A stretch of DNA of 57,801 nt from a virus (IMGVR_UViG_3300032080_000129:1-57801), one strand, 5' to 3'. Shown: positions 45,399 through 55,021, numbered from the stretch's first letter. Translations and numbers: made by a program. The notes: generated by a model not told the origin, from the letters alone.

Positions 45399-45776
45399 CT
45401 AGTCGTCCGTCGGGGTGCCCGGGTTGGACGCCTCGACGATGGCGGACTTGACCTCGTCCTTGTTGGCGAAGCCCTCGGGGTTCTGAACGCCCGCTTCGTC
45501 GGCGATCTTGTTCAGCTCCTCGCGAGACTTGCCCTCCAGGTCGTCCAGGTTCGTCCGGGCGCCGTCGGAGCGGGTCTTCCCGCTCTGGGGCGTCGGCTTC
45601 TCCTGATCCGGGGTCGTTTCCTCAGGCGCCGGCGTGCGCTTGCCCACCGACTCGTAGTCCTCGTCCCGAGCAAGCACCTTGTCCTGCTCGGTTCCCACGT
45701 AGGCGCCGAAGGTCTCTTCGGTCTCCTTGTGGCGGTACTCGTTGACCTCGTCAGAGGCCTTGGTCTTACGTGCCAT
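45399..45776 (-). CDS. Post-capsid protein with Rho-N/HeH-like domain
   Basis: LEGKSREELNKIADEAGV....NKDEVKSAI. Confidence 0.7.
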   Translation of the reverse strand: MARKTKASDEVNEYRHKETEETFGAYVGTEQDKVLARDEDYESVGKRTPAPEETTPDQEKPTPQSGKTRSDGARTNLDDLEGKSREELNKIADEAGVQNPEGFANKDEVKSAIVEASNPGTPTDD

Positions 45777-45789
45777 CTAGATCAGCCTC

Positions 45790-46662
45790 CTATTTCGCGA
45801 CGTGGGCGAGGGCGAGGGTCTCGGGCTCCAGGACCTTCACGCCGTAGACCTCCAGGCCCTTGACGGCGTCACCGAAGCGGCGCTCGGGGCGGAACGCCTC
45901 CTGCTGGACGATCTGCCCGGCGAAGGTCGTGGAGTAGTTACCGGCCCCCGCGAGGACCTTCCAGTTCGGAACCGGCGAGCCGCCCGAACCCGGAGAGTCT
46001 GGGGTTGCCGTGGTCCGCAGGACTTCGAACCCGGCCAGTTTCCCGATCGAGCCGGTGCGGACGATGGTGACATCGGACTCGATGTAGCGGGGGTCCAGCA
46101 GGATCTCCGCCTCGAGGTCCGGGTTGATCACCATCCACAGGTCGCTCAGGTCGGCATCGTTGTTCTCGATCTGGCGCCGCAACTCGACTGCCAGCTCGTA
46201 GGGGGTGAAGTCCCCGGAGCCGTCAGCTTTCACATCTACCGGCGTCGCGTCGGTCCCGACTTTGTTGATCGTCGAGGCCGCGGCCTGTTTCGTGGCGGCG
46301 TGACGATCGATCGTGCCGGCCATTCCGCGGCCGGCGCGTTTGCCGAACTGATCGAGCAGACCGACATTGGCCTGTGCTTCGTTGACGTCGTCGACCATGA
46401 CGTTGAAGTACTTGTGCTGGTCGACCACGAGGGTCTGGGTCGTCCCGTCCGGTTCTTCGGGCGCGTCCATGTCTTCACCGGGCGCGTAGTCCTTGATCGT
46501 CGGGTCGCCGATCTTGTTGATGTGGACGGTGTCGCCCTCTTTTTCGATTTCGCCGACCCAGTCGCGGTTGGCGATCTCGGGCTGGGCATAAACGAGGGTG
46601 GCGTCCAAGTGCCGCTGCAGGCGGGCCGACCACACCTCGGGGATGAACTGATCGATAGCCAC
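45790..46662 (-). CDS. Major capsid protein (P22 gp5-like family)
   Basis: FIPEVWS, NRD..GEI..GDTVHI, FGDAVKGL.VYG.KV. Confidence 0.92.
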   Translation of the reverse strand: MAIDQFIPEVWSARLQRHLDATLVYAQPEIANRDWVGEIEKEGDTVHINKIGDPTIKDYAPGEDMDAPEEPDGTTQTLVVDQHKYFNVMVDDVNEAQANVGLLDQFGKRAGRGMAGTIDRHAATKQAAASTINKVGTDATPVDVKADGSGDFTPYELAVELRRQIENNDADLSDLWMVINPDLEAEILLDPRYIESDVTIVRTGSIGKLAGFEVLRTTATPDSPGSGGSPVPNWKVLAGAGNYSTTFAGQIVQQEAFRPERRFGDAVKGLEVYGVKVLEPETLALAHVAK

Positions 46663-46728
46663 GGGGGCTACCTCCCTTCGGGGATGTAGTTATCTGGCTG
46701 CCCGGGCGCCACTTGGAGCGCGGGATTG

Positions 46729-46801
46729 GGCGGCGCTTGCCGCCGACTTCAGGTGATGGGGAGGCGGACGGGAGCGGCGCTTGCCGCTCCCGTCTTGCCT
46801 C
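46729..46801. repeat. Two hairpins with identical core GCGGC-GCTT-GCCGC
   Basis: 46729-46744 and 46761-46801, between scaffold and capsid genes. Confidence 0.6.
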
Positions 46802-46807
46802 TCAAGA

Positions 46808-47653
46808 TCAGGACTTCAGGCCAGCGAGTGCCGATTTCGGGATCTTCCCTTCGTCGAAGAGCTGGTTGAAGCGATCGGTTTCGGTTTTTGCCATCTTCGC
46901 GACAGCTTCCGGGGTCAGCTCTTTGGAGCCACGTTTGCGGTCGGGGGCACCGCCGGGGTTCTCAGGCGGTTTCGTGTTCTCGTCATCCGGGCCCGCAGCG
47001 GCTGCCTTGAACTCGGGAAACTCCTCAAGCACCTCTTCGACGGCGCTTTGGGCGCCCTGTACCTCGCGCTCATCGTCGATGGTGATGTCTTTGCGCTCGA
47101 CCAGACGAAGGAGCCGGCGATGTTTTTTGACCGGCACGTCCAACTCACCCGCCGCGTCTCGGATCGCTTCGTTGATCAGGAGGTTGTCGGCCACGGTCCG
47201 TTCCCGCTCCGCTGCGGCGCGGTTTTCCTCGCTCTCGCGTTTTACCGTCTCCTGCTCGGTCTCTTGAGCCTGGCGCAGTTCGTCCGCTTCCTCTTTGCGC
47301 TTCCGAGCCTCGGCTTTGGCCGCTTGCTCGGCGTTGCGGGCGTTCTCGACGGCGCGTTCGGCCTTCGCCTGATCGAACTCGCCGTCCCATTTCGGTTTGC
47401 GCTGCTCGGCGTCTTCCTCGGCTTTGCGGGCCTCTTCTTCGGCGTCTTCGCGCTCTTCCTCGGAGCGTTGTGCAGTTGCTTCGGCCTCGGCCTGTTCCTC
47501 CTCGGGAGTTTTGTCGCCGCCGGCCATCTGCGGCAGGAAGGCGCCCTGGGGGGTGACGGTGGCGCCGCTCAATCCCCCGGCGAGGGGCTTCAGTGCGAAG
47601 GCACGCTGGCGGATCACCGCCCATAGGACGATGGCCAGAAACTTCAGGGACAT
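46808..47653 (-). CDS. Capsid scaffolding protein
   Basis: Acidic coiled coil directly upstream of the capsid gene; start uncertain. Confidence 0.82.
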   Translation of the reverse strand: MSLKFLAIVLWAVIRQRAFALKPLAGGLSGATVTPQGAFLPQMAGGDKTPEEEQAEAEATAQRSEEEREDAEEEARKAEEDAEQRKPKWDGEFDQAKAERAVENARNAEQAAKAEARKRKEEADELRQAQETEQETVKRESEENRAAAERERTVADNLLINEAIRDAAGELDVPVKKHRRLLRLVERKDITIDDEREVQGAQSAVEEVLEEFPEFKAAAAGPDDENTKPPENPGGAPDRKRGSKELTPEAVAKMAKTETDRFNQLFDEGKIPKSALAGLKS

Positions 47654-47889
47654 TCGGATACGACGAGCTCTCCGCACTTGCGGGTGCCTCCTTGGGCATA
47701 GCGGCCACCCCGCCCTTGCGGGGAGCCTGTATCGAAGAGGTGCGGGCAGGCAGCGGGTGCGCGCCGCGCCTGCTGGGTGAGCAGGGGCTCCCATCAGCCT
47801 GCGCTCCCATCAGCCTGCCCTGTGGAGTGGGGCATCTGTCATCGCCCGGGAGATGCTGGTCTTCCCCTCCGGCGCCTCTACAGCGCCAG

Positions 47890-47977
47890 CGGAGCGACAG
47901 GGACTCGAACCCCGAAGGCGACTGACGCCGCCCTACGCGCTTAGCGGGCGCGCTCCTCGTCCTGCCGGACTCGCTCC
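47890..47977 (-). tRNA. tRNA-Ser(GCT), atypical
   Basis: Acceptor GGAGCGA/TCGCTCC, G73, T arm CGGGG-TTCGAGT-CCCTG, 8-bp variable arm, anticodon loop CCGCTAA; no encoded CCA. Confidence 0.75.
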
Positions 47978-48124
47978 GTGAAGATCAGATCGGTTCGGCC
48001 CGGTGAGGGCTCCGAGACGAGCGGCTGATCAGGCACAGGAAGTTCGAGGCTGACCGGCCCCGCGAAGACCGGCGACGTTTTCGCGCCAGCCGTGTACGGA
48101 CTCCGTGAATGGTGACAAGGTGCT

Positions 48125-48430
48125 TCATTTCCAGTAGGCCTTCCGCTCCCACTCGCCGTAAGCGCGATCCCCGAGACCTTCCCAGAAAGCAGCGAGGCGG
48201 TTGAAGGGGCGCGCGGCGCGGTAACAGCGTCCCGCCCACCGGTCGAGCAGGCGCATCCGTAGCTGCCTTTCGACGCTCGCCTGTTCCTCGGGCGAGCGAT
48301 ACTCCATGGTCTCGAAGGCGTCGGGGTCCACAGTCACCCGCTGGCCCTCGCCGGATAGATCGAGGCCGTCGATGACGACGTAAGGTCCGTCCTTCACAGG
48401 TTCCACCGTACCACTGCAACCCGCCATCAA
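48125..48430 (-). CDS. Hypothetical protein
   Basis: Overlaps the MuF stop; VIDGLDLS motif. Confidence 0.6.
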   Translation of the reverse strand: MMAGCSGTVEPVKDGPYVVIDGLDLSGEGQRVTVDPDAFETMEYRSPEEQASVERQLRMRLLDRWAGRCYRAARPFNRLAAFWEGLGDRAYGEWERKAYWK

Positions 48431-49461
48431 CCGACCCCCAACTCGCTCAGCGTCGCCACCCGCTTTCCCTCTCCCCAGCGAGCCGAACGGGTGTCCCGCA
48501 CCATCTCCTCAAGGGTCACCTCCCCGCGCTCGTAAGCGTCGAAGCGAGAGCGTCCGAGGATGCTCAGACGGTCGGCCTCGGGAAGCGAGGCGAAGCGCTG
48601 CGGGCCAGCAACGATTTCCGGTCGAGCATCCGGAAGGTTGAACCCGAGTTCGCGCCAGCTCAGCGTCTGCGGCAGCGCCGTGCAGCGGCAGCCGGGGTGG
48701 GAGGCGAGCGTTTCATCCAGCGTGTGTTCGGAGCCGTGTTCGGCCGAGCACACCGGGCAGGCGGTGACCTCGGCGATCCATATCCAGCCCTTCACGACCG
48801 AGGACCGGCGGTACTGCTCGAAACTCGTTTCCCGGTAGACCCTCATCACCTCGGTGCGGCTGATCACCATGGCGCGGTTGCGGGCGATGCCCGAGGCCTT
48901 GCGCACGTCGGCGGCGATCGTCCTGACTGGCGCTCCCCGCGCCACCCCGCTCATCAGTGCGTCCTTGACCTTCTGGGTCGTGTCGGGTGCGATCTCGGCG
49001 AGCAGGCGGCCGAGCGGCTGGCCGTGGGCGGCGTTACGAACCAGGCGTTCCATCTGGTCCGTCGGCAGCCGCTTGAAGCTGTCGGCGACCATTGCCTCGG
49101 CGGACGCCGGCGCTGGGCCCAGGACCGCGGCGGTCAGCTCCGGCGCATCGGCCAAGGCCCGCGCTGCCGCTTCTTTCTTCGTCCCGAGGATCGTCTGGAT
49201 GCAGGACTGGAGGTAGTCGAGCGTGTTCTGCTCGTGCTGGGCAATCAGGGCGCGGTAGCGCTCCTCGGCTGCGAGCCAGGCCGGGCGAACCTCGATGCCG
49301 GCGGCGCGTGCCTCCTCGATCCGTTTCGTCAGCGGCGCCAGGTGGCGGTTCAAATCCTTCAGCACCGCTTGGTAGGTCCGGGCCACCTCCGACATGCCGT
49401 TCGACTCGATCTGCATGAGCCGGCGGCGGCGCTTGGCGATCTCCCGCTCGGCCCTGCTCAT
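48427..49461 (-). CDS. MuF-like minor head protein
   Basis: ISRTE, W.W, CPVC...HG, HPGCRC. Confidence 0.9.
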   Translation of the reverse strand: MSRAEREIAKRRRRLMQIESNGMSEVARTYQAVLKDLNRHLAPLTKRIEEARAAGIEVRPAWLAAEERYRALIAQHEQNTLDYLQSCIQTILGTKKEAAARALADAPELTAAVLGPAPASAEAMVADSFKRLPTDQMERLVRNAAHGQPLGRLLAEIAPDTTQKVKDALMSGVARGAPVRTIAADVRKASGIARNRAMVISRTEVMRVYRETSFEQYRRSSVVKGWIWIAEVTACPVCSAEHGSEHTLDETLASHPGCRCTALPQTLSWRELGFNLPDARPEIVAGPQRFASLPEADRLSILGRSRFDAYERGEVTLEEMVRDTRSARWGEGKRVATLSELGVG

Positions 49462-49784
49462 GCTGCGATTTCTCCAGCCTTCGCCCTCTCGATGCTCTCG
49501 ACCTGACGGATCTTCTCGTAGTCCTCATGTCGAAGCGGGACACTGGCGAAGGTACCCTCGTCGTCAAGGTCAGCAGCGCCGATCCCCAACCCTTCGCGTT
49601 GAAGACTGAACCAGCCAGCGCCCTTACGAGAAGGCCTGACTGAAACGATCAGCCAGCAACTCCCCGTGTCCGGATTGATCGCGATTTCGCCCTCTTCCGG
49701 AGGATCGTGGTAGCCGTTCTCTTCATCCCAGCCGACCCACCACGTAGAGCGGGTGACGAGGCCGGGGGTGCAGCCGCGCGCCAC
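49458..49784 (-). CDS. Hypothetical protein
   Basis: ATGA overlap with MuF. Confidence 0.55.
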   Translation of the reverse strand: MARGCTPGLVTRSTWWVGWDEENGYHDPPEEGEIAINPDTGSCWLIVSVRPSRKGAGWFSLQREGLGIGAADLDDEGTFASVPLRHEDYEKIRQVESIERAKAGEIAA

Positions 49785-49794
49785 CGCTACCTGC

Positions 49795-50136
49795 TCAGAC
49801 CCGATAGGCGCGGAATTTCAGCTCGGCCGAGGCCACATCTACATGCACCTGACCGCCTTTCTGACGGAAGGCCTCATTGGCCTCGATGCGGATGAGCCTC
49901 GTCGCTTCTTTCGGCACCGTGACTTCGAGCTCGTTGATGTCGACGCCGCCAACCTCACCGGGGGTTTTCAGGGTGACGACGCGGCCTTCGGTGGTGCCGA
50001 CGTTCTGGCACTCCAACAGCACGGCGCCGCCACCGGGCTTGACGAAGTGGTCTTCGGCAGGGACGCCGGTGACCTGCGCCGGCGGCGTGGTGCCTTTGAC
50101 GGTGACGGGGGTGACAGGGATCTCGACGCGGGGCAT
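49795..50136 (-). CDS. Small beta-rich protein, possibly virion-associated
   Basis: AAAGGA RBS; located in the head cluster. Confidence 0.65.
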   Translation of the reverse strand: MPRVEIPVTPVTVKGTTPPAQVTGVPAEDHFVKPGGGAVLLECQNVGTTEGRVVTLKTPGEVGGVDINELEVTVPKEATRLIRIEANEAFRQKGGQVHVDVASAELKFRAYRV

Positions 50137-50183
50137 TCAGGGGTCCTTTCGGTCAGGGTCAGGTCATCTAGGGCGGGGCTTTT

Positions 50184-51587
50184 TCACTCGTCTTCGAAGG
50201 TGCCTTCGCGGAGAGCTTTGGCGGCCGCTTCTGCTCCGTCCTCTGCCTCCTCGGCCATCCGCTTCTGCTCCTCCTCCCAGTCGTAGCCGCGCTTCTCGGC
50301 GATGGTGCGGCGGGAGACGACCTTCATCCGGATCTCCGACTCGTCTGCTTCTGCGTCGGCCTTGGGATCGGAGGGGGTCGAGTCGGGCCAGCCGAGGGAG
50401 ATCGTCCAGCCTTTCAGCCCCCGGAGCTCCAGGATCCGGCGGGCGATCTCAGAGATCACCCAGCCGTAAGTCAGGTGCTTGGTGCCGGTGCGCTCCGAGA
50501 GGGGCTCGTACTCGACCTTGAGCGCGACACCGGTGGTCGGGCCAGCGTTGCCCGTCTCCCCCAGCGCCACCTTGGGGATATGCGTTCCCTCGAAGAGCGA
50601 AGTCTTCAGTTCCTTGAAAAGTTCCATCGCCGAGGTGAGTTCGGCGACGACGAGCTGGCCCAGCTTGGCTTTCTCGTTCGGTATCGCCAGCAGTTCCCCG
50701 ATGCCGACTTCTAGCGCCTGGAGCTTGTCAACCGTCTCGCCGAAGATCACAGGTACCGGATGGCCCTGCAGCCGCAGCATCCGCCGCATATCGGAGGCGA
50801 CCGACTCCAGCTGCTCGATCATGTCGAGCACCGGCGGTGAGAGATCGGCGCGGCCGTAGAAAGTGTTCGGGGACGGGAGGTTCTTGCCCTCAACGATCGG
50901 CGCGAAGTCGTAGTCCCAAGCGTCCTGATCGAGGACGACCCAGTCGTTCGCGTCCTCGTTGTGCTCCTCCAGCACGATGGTCCATGACGAGGGCTTCAGC
51001 GGTTCGTTGGGCTCGATCCGCCACCGCCGAACGACGCCGAGCCCGGTTTCCTCGTCCACCGTGGTCCACTGGACGAAGTACCGCTTCAGGACGCCGACAT
51101 CGTTCTCGTCCCACTCGGCAGAGCAGTTGGCCGGGTCGAGAACTGAAACGCGCCCGGTTTTGTAGAGGCGCACCCAGACGTGTCCGCAGATCCCGCCATT
51201 CGTCGCGAGGTCGTGCAGGTCGAGGCCGCGCCGCATCGGTGGCCAAGCGGCGTCTAGCTCTGCAGTGGCGCGCGCCGTCTGCGCCTCGGCGTCCTGCTCA
51301 GTCTCCTCAGGTTCCTCCCCCTCCTCAACCGCCGCCTCCGCTGGCTCAGGAGGACTCGGCTGGAAGGACACCCCGCCGTCTTTACCGAGCAGGAAGGAGA
51401 CGCCCTTGTCGACGATCAGCGCCGGGTAGTCGAAGCGGATGTTGTCGTCGTGGCCCTCGTCGGTATCGAGGTACGTGGGCCCTTCGCCGTCGTAGGCCTT
51501 CCACGCCCGCGCGTACTCGTTGAGTCGCCGGGATTCGTCTTGGGCGACGAGATCGGCGATGTGCATTTCAGAGGCGGTAAGCGGCAC
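50184..51587 (-). CDS. Portal protein (SPP1 gp6-like)
   Basis: YDG, LIVDKGVSFLLG, GRADL, TGVALK; follows terL. Confidence 0.9.
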   Translation of the reverse strand: MPLTASEMHIADLVAQDESRRLNEYARAWKAYDGEGPTYLDTDEGHDDNIRFDYPALIVDKGVSFLLGKDGGVSFQPSPPEPAEAAVEEGEEPEETEQDAEAQTARATAELDAAWPPMRRGLDLHDLATNGGICGHVWVRLYKTGRVSVLDPANCSAEWDENDVGVLKRYFVQWTTVDEETGLGVVRRWRIEPNEPLKPSSWTIVLEEHNEDANDWVVLDQDAWDYDFAPIVEGKNLPSPNTFYGRADLSPPVLDMIEQLESVASDMRRMLRLQGHPVPVIFGETVDKLQALEVGIGELLAIPNEKAKLGQLVVAELTSAMELFKELKTSLFEGTHIPKVALGETGNAGPTTGVALKVEYEPLSERTGTKHLTYGWVISEIARRILELRGLKGWTISLGWPDSTPSDPKADAEADESEIRMKVVSRRTIAEKRGYDWEEEQKRMAEEAEDGAEAAAKALREGTFEDE

Positions 51588-51608
51588 GTGTCTCCTTGGT
51601 CACGGCGC

Positions 51609-53189
51609 TCAGCGCCAGGGGTGGTTCTTGGTTCCGGATGCGGGGCCGGGGGCGTTGGCGAGCCAGGTCATCGCTTGGCTCATCGCGTCAACCTGGTCGT
51701 CGTGAGCGCCGTTGTCGAAGATCGCGTGCTCGGAGATGAACTCGCCAACGCTGGTCTGCTCGTAGCCCAGGGGGGCCGGGATGAACTCGCCTTCGGGTAG
51801 GTAGACGTTTCCGGCCTCCACGATCGGTTCAGCGGCCGAGGCTCGCACCGTCTTGCCTCCTTCGGGCGGGACAGGCAGCATGCCGGGAATCTCGGCCTTC
51901 AAGGTGTTGATCACCGCCGGCCCGTTGGCCTTGTCCTCTACGAGCTTGGCCGAGGCGGGTTTCCACTGCTGGAGTGCCCTGACAGCCGCCAGGGACTCGG
52001 TGAAGCTCAGCCGTTTACGGATCTGGCCGAGGAGGAAGCGGTTGGCGCCATGGGCTCCCCAGACCTGACCAACGACGTAGCTAGACGCCTCGGTCTGGCT
52101 GTCTGAGAACCGCATGTCCCACGAGTGGATCACGCGGTCGAAGGGTGGAAGCGTTTCCCAGCGCTTCCACCAGTAGCGCTTGAACATCCCGCCCTCCAAG
52201 GGAGCGGGACGCTGCTGCATTTGGCCGGCGTAGCCGTAGCTGCCCAATCCCTTTGCCAGCTCGGCCAGCCGCTCGGGCGAAAGGCGTACCGGCTCCAGCA
52301 ACTCGTCCTCCTCGGTGCGAGGATCGCCGGGGAGTTCGCGGCCAGGCTTCACCACCACCTTGGGTTTGCCGTCCACCTCCTCAACCACCTCGCGATCGGG
52401 CAGCCGTACATGGTCGGGGTAGGTGAACGGATGGCCAGGCTCGTACTCGGCGGGAAGGCAGAGGTGGTGCCAACCGCCCTGGGCGAGCAGGTGGCCGGTC
52501 AGATCCTCCTCGTGTAGGCGCTGCATTACGATCACGCCTGCCGCCTCGGCGTTGTTGAAGCGGGTGGTCATCGTCTCGTCCCACCATTTGTTCGCGGCTA
52601 GGCGCTCAGCGTCGGAGCGGGCCTGCTTCGCGTTCAGCGGGTCGTCGATGACGATGCGATCGCCGCCCTCACCGGTCGCGATCCCTCCCACCGAGGTGGC
52701 AAGCCGCATCCCGGTCAGCGTCGTCTCGTACTTCTCCTTGGCGTTCTGGTCGCCGGTCAGCTCCCAGGGGTCCTCAGAGAGCAGGGAGAGCAGCCCCTGG
52801 TAGCCGACGCGCTCAAAAAGCGTGCCCTCTTCCCTTGCGCCTTGTGACTGAATCAGGCGCCGGCAGCGAACGGAGTCACGAAGGCTGAGGCTCTGCGCGT
52901 AGGTGGCGAAAAGCCAGCGCAGGTGCCCGGCGTCGAGCCATTCCCAGCAGGGCCAGAACACCGCGGTGGTCAGGCTCTTCATCGTCCTCGGAGGAACGTT
53001 GACGATCAGCCGACGCAGTTCCCCGCGCCCTACTGCTTCAAGGTGCTCGGCCAGCACGTCGATGTGCCAGCCGTGGATGAAGGGCGTGGCGGGCTCGACT
53101 ACCGGCCAAGCCTCACGGATGAAGGTCGAGAGGCGGCGCCGGCAGCGCTCGGCGGTTAGTTCATCGCGAGACGGAAGCCGGGTGAGCAC
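51609..53189 (-). CDS. terL: Terminase large subunit
   Basis: PPRTMKS Walker A, IVIDDP Walker B, QRLH, HDDQVDA nuclease motif. Confidence 0.95.
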   Translation of the reverse strand: MLTRLPSRDELTAERCRRRLSTFIREAWPVVEPATPFIHGWHIDVLAEHLEAVGRGELRRLIVNVPPRTMKSLTTAVFWPCWEWLDAGHLRWLFATYAQSLSLRDSVRCRRLIQSQGAREEGTLFERVGYQGLLSLLSEDPWELTGDQNAKEKYETTLTGMRLATSVGGIATGEGGDRIVIDDPLNAKQARSDAERLAANKWWDETMTTRFNNAEAAGVIVMQRLHEEDLTGHLLAQGGWHHLCLPAEYEPGHPFTYPDHVRLPDREVVEEVDGKPKVVVKPGRELPGDPRTEEDELLEPVRLSPERLAELAKGLGSYGYAGQMQQRPAPLEGGMFKRYWWKRWETLPPFDRVIHSWDMRFSDSQTEASSYVVGQVWGAHGANRFLLGQIRKRLSFTESLAAVRALQQWKPASAKLVEDKANGPAVINTLKAEIPGMLPVPPEGGKTVRASAAEPIVEAGNVYLPEGEFIPAPLGYEQTSVGEFISEHAIFDNGAHDDQVDAMSQAMTWLANAPGPASGTKNHPWR

Positions 53190-53195
53190 ACGCGC

Positions 53196-53765
53196 TCAGG
53201 CCTCCTCAAGCTTCGCTGCGATCCGCTCCAGCGCATCCAGCTCGTTGTCGTCCAGCTTTTCGAGGTCAACCTTGACCCGCTTCTCGATCTTGCCCGAGTG
53301 GTTGACATCGACTCGATCGCGGTACTTCTCCGGGCGCCGGGACTTCAGCATGAACTCCAGGAGGCGGTCGCTGTAGCTCTGCACATCCGTGACGTGTTTC
53401 CCCGCCGAGACCAACGGGGTCGTCACACCCTCAACCGCGCGACGATAGGCCTCACGCTCCATCGCCTCGGTCGATTCCTCCTCAGCGTCGGCCCAAGCCA
53501 GTGCGAAGTCCTCATTCCGCTGCCGCTCGGCGTAGACGGTATTGCGCGAGATCCCCATCAGTTCGCAGGCGGTCGAGACCATCCCGCACCAGCGGAAGGT
53601 GTCCAGCCACTGCTCGCGAGACCAGCGCTCATCACGCGGGCGCGTTGCAGTGTCCTGAGCGTCATCGTGTGGATGGCGCCCGCAGCGATCGCTTCCCCTC
53701 TTCGGGAACGCCGTGCAGGGCTTGCCGTCCTGGCGCTTTCCGGTGCACCGCTTCGGCTCGCTCAC
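53196..53765 (-). CDS. terS: Terminase small subunit
   Basis: HTH (VSTAC..GISRNTVY), EAYRRAVEG, YSDRLLEFMLK..RPEKYR. Confidence 0.85.
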   Translation of the reverse strand: MSEPKRCTGKRQDGKPCTAFPKRGSDRCGRHPHDDAQDTATRPRDERWSREQWLDTFRWCGMVSTACELMGISRNTVYAERQRNEDFALAWADAEEESTEAMEREAYRRAVEGVTTPLVSAGKHVTDVQSYSDRLLEFMLKSRRPEKYRDRVDVNHSGKIEKRVKVDLEKLDDNELDALERIAAKLEEA

Positions 53766-54190
53766 GACTCTCCCCCTTCCTGCATCCGCAGCGCCTTGCG
53801 CATCTTCCTGACGACCGCGCTTTTGCTCGCCTCCCCTACCGTGGGGCAGTCGCGGGCCTCGATCTCAGCGGCTGCGGAGCGGCAGACCTGGGCGTGAAGC
53901 CGGAGGCGGTCGCCCTTGCGTTCCCGGGACTTGGCGCGTGCCTTGGCTCGGTTGCCGTTGGCTCCGGCGGCGATCCGGTCCTTCCGCTCGGCCTCCTGCT
54001 CGAACTCCTCGGCGGCTTGGCGCAGATCCTCTGGAGTCTTATCGAGCGACCCCTGGTCTTCGGCGATGACCCGCAGGGCCTCCTCTCGGTCTGGGGCCGA
54101 CACGCTGCCACTGACCAGGCGATGGCCGTCGTGTTCAACGGCGATGTCGAACTGAAAGTCACTCAAGGCACTTGCCTCCTTGGCGGGCAC
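53762..54190 (-). CDS. Hypothetical protein
   Basis: GTGA overlap with terS. Confidence 0.55.
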   Translation of the reverse strand: MPAKEASALSDFQFDIAVEHDGHRLVSGSVSAPDREEALRVIAEDQGSLDKTPEDLRQAAEEFEQEAERKDRIAAGANGNRAKARAKSRERKGDRLRLHAQVCRSAAAEIEARDCPTVGEASKSAVVRKMRKALRMQEGGES

Positions 54191-54242
54191 TTGCTCGCCG
54201 GGTCGTGTGGTTGCCGGGCCTCTTGGCCTCGGCGATTCAGAA

Positions 54243-54437
54243 CTACGCGGTGCGCCAGCGGACGACAGGTGGGCCTTCCCCGTCGTGTCCTGCGTCGACT
54301 CGCCTGCTCACCCGGCCTTCGCCGTGGAGCGAGTTGAGGGTCGGGACAACCTCTCGCGGGGTGGGATGACCGAGACGTTCCGCGAGCTGCAAGGCGGTCA
54401 TCTCTCCACTGAGCGCATCGAGGATGCTGGACTCCAT
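54243..54437 (-). CDS. Small wHTH-like protein
   Basis: GGAGG RBS; ILDAL..EMTALQLAERLG. Confidence 0.6.
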   Translation of the reverse strand: MESSILDALSGEMTALQLAERLGHPTPREVVPTLNSLHGEGRVSRRVDAGHDGEGPPVVRWRTA

Positions 54438-54580
54438 CGGGCCTCCCGTCTCGTAGCTGGTTAGAAGACTCGCCCTGCACCGGTCATCACGGCTCCCTCG
54501 GGAGCGCCGGGGTCAGGGCGGTTACTGCGCGGCCACCGTTTCCTCAGCAACGCCGAAGCGAGGCTGGTCCAGGGTGGCGC

Positions 54581-54657
54581 TGATGGCGGGGGCCAGATTT
54601 GAACTGGCGACCTCAGCGACATGAGCGCTGCGAGCTACCTGGCTGCTCTACCCCGCG
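54581..54657 (-). tRNA. tRNA-Met(CAT), initiator-like with altered anticodon arm
   Basis: CGCGGGG/CCCCGCC acceptor with C1xC72 mismatch, GAGC/GCTC D stem, CAGCG-CTCATGT-CGCTG, GCCAG-TTCAAAT-CTGGC, ends A-TCA. Confidence 0.88.
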
Positions 54658-55021
54658 GTGAAGACTCCCGACGCCCGTCCCTCTGACAGGAAAGCGCCGG
54701 GGGTGGATAGCGGTGAGTCGCAAGGGCGGGCAGGGGGTCGCCTTCGCGGTCTGAGCTATCCGTGTGAGGGTGCCTCTAGCCGAGCGGGCTGCGAGGCGTG
54801 ATCGTCTGCGGGCGCACGTGTCCCACCTCGATCAGGGGCTGATACTACACGTCAGCCACGGACGGATCTTCTTCGTCGGGGAAAATCGGGTAGTGGGTCA
54901 GTTTGAACCGCGGGGCTCGCAGGAGGCGCCAGAATGCCCCAGGCCGATAGAGAACTCGGCAACTATGTATCCAGAGCACGTAGGGCCAGGCAGCGCTGAC
55001 GCCTGAGCCCTGACGGTGGGG

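Noticed and set aside
47890-47978. Selenocysteine-type 8/5 tRNA
   Set aside because: An extra C-G pair is possible, but the anticodon is GCT and G1-G2-A3/G73 fit a 7/5 tRNA-Ser
54581-54657. tRNA as the integration site
   Set aside because: It lies inside phage-like sequence and no duplicated 3' end was seen in the window
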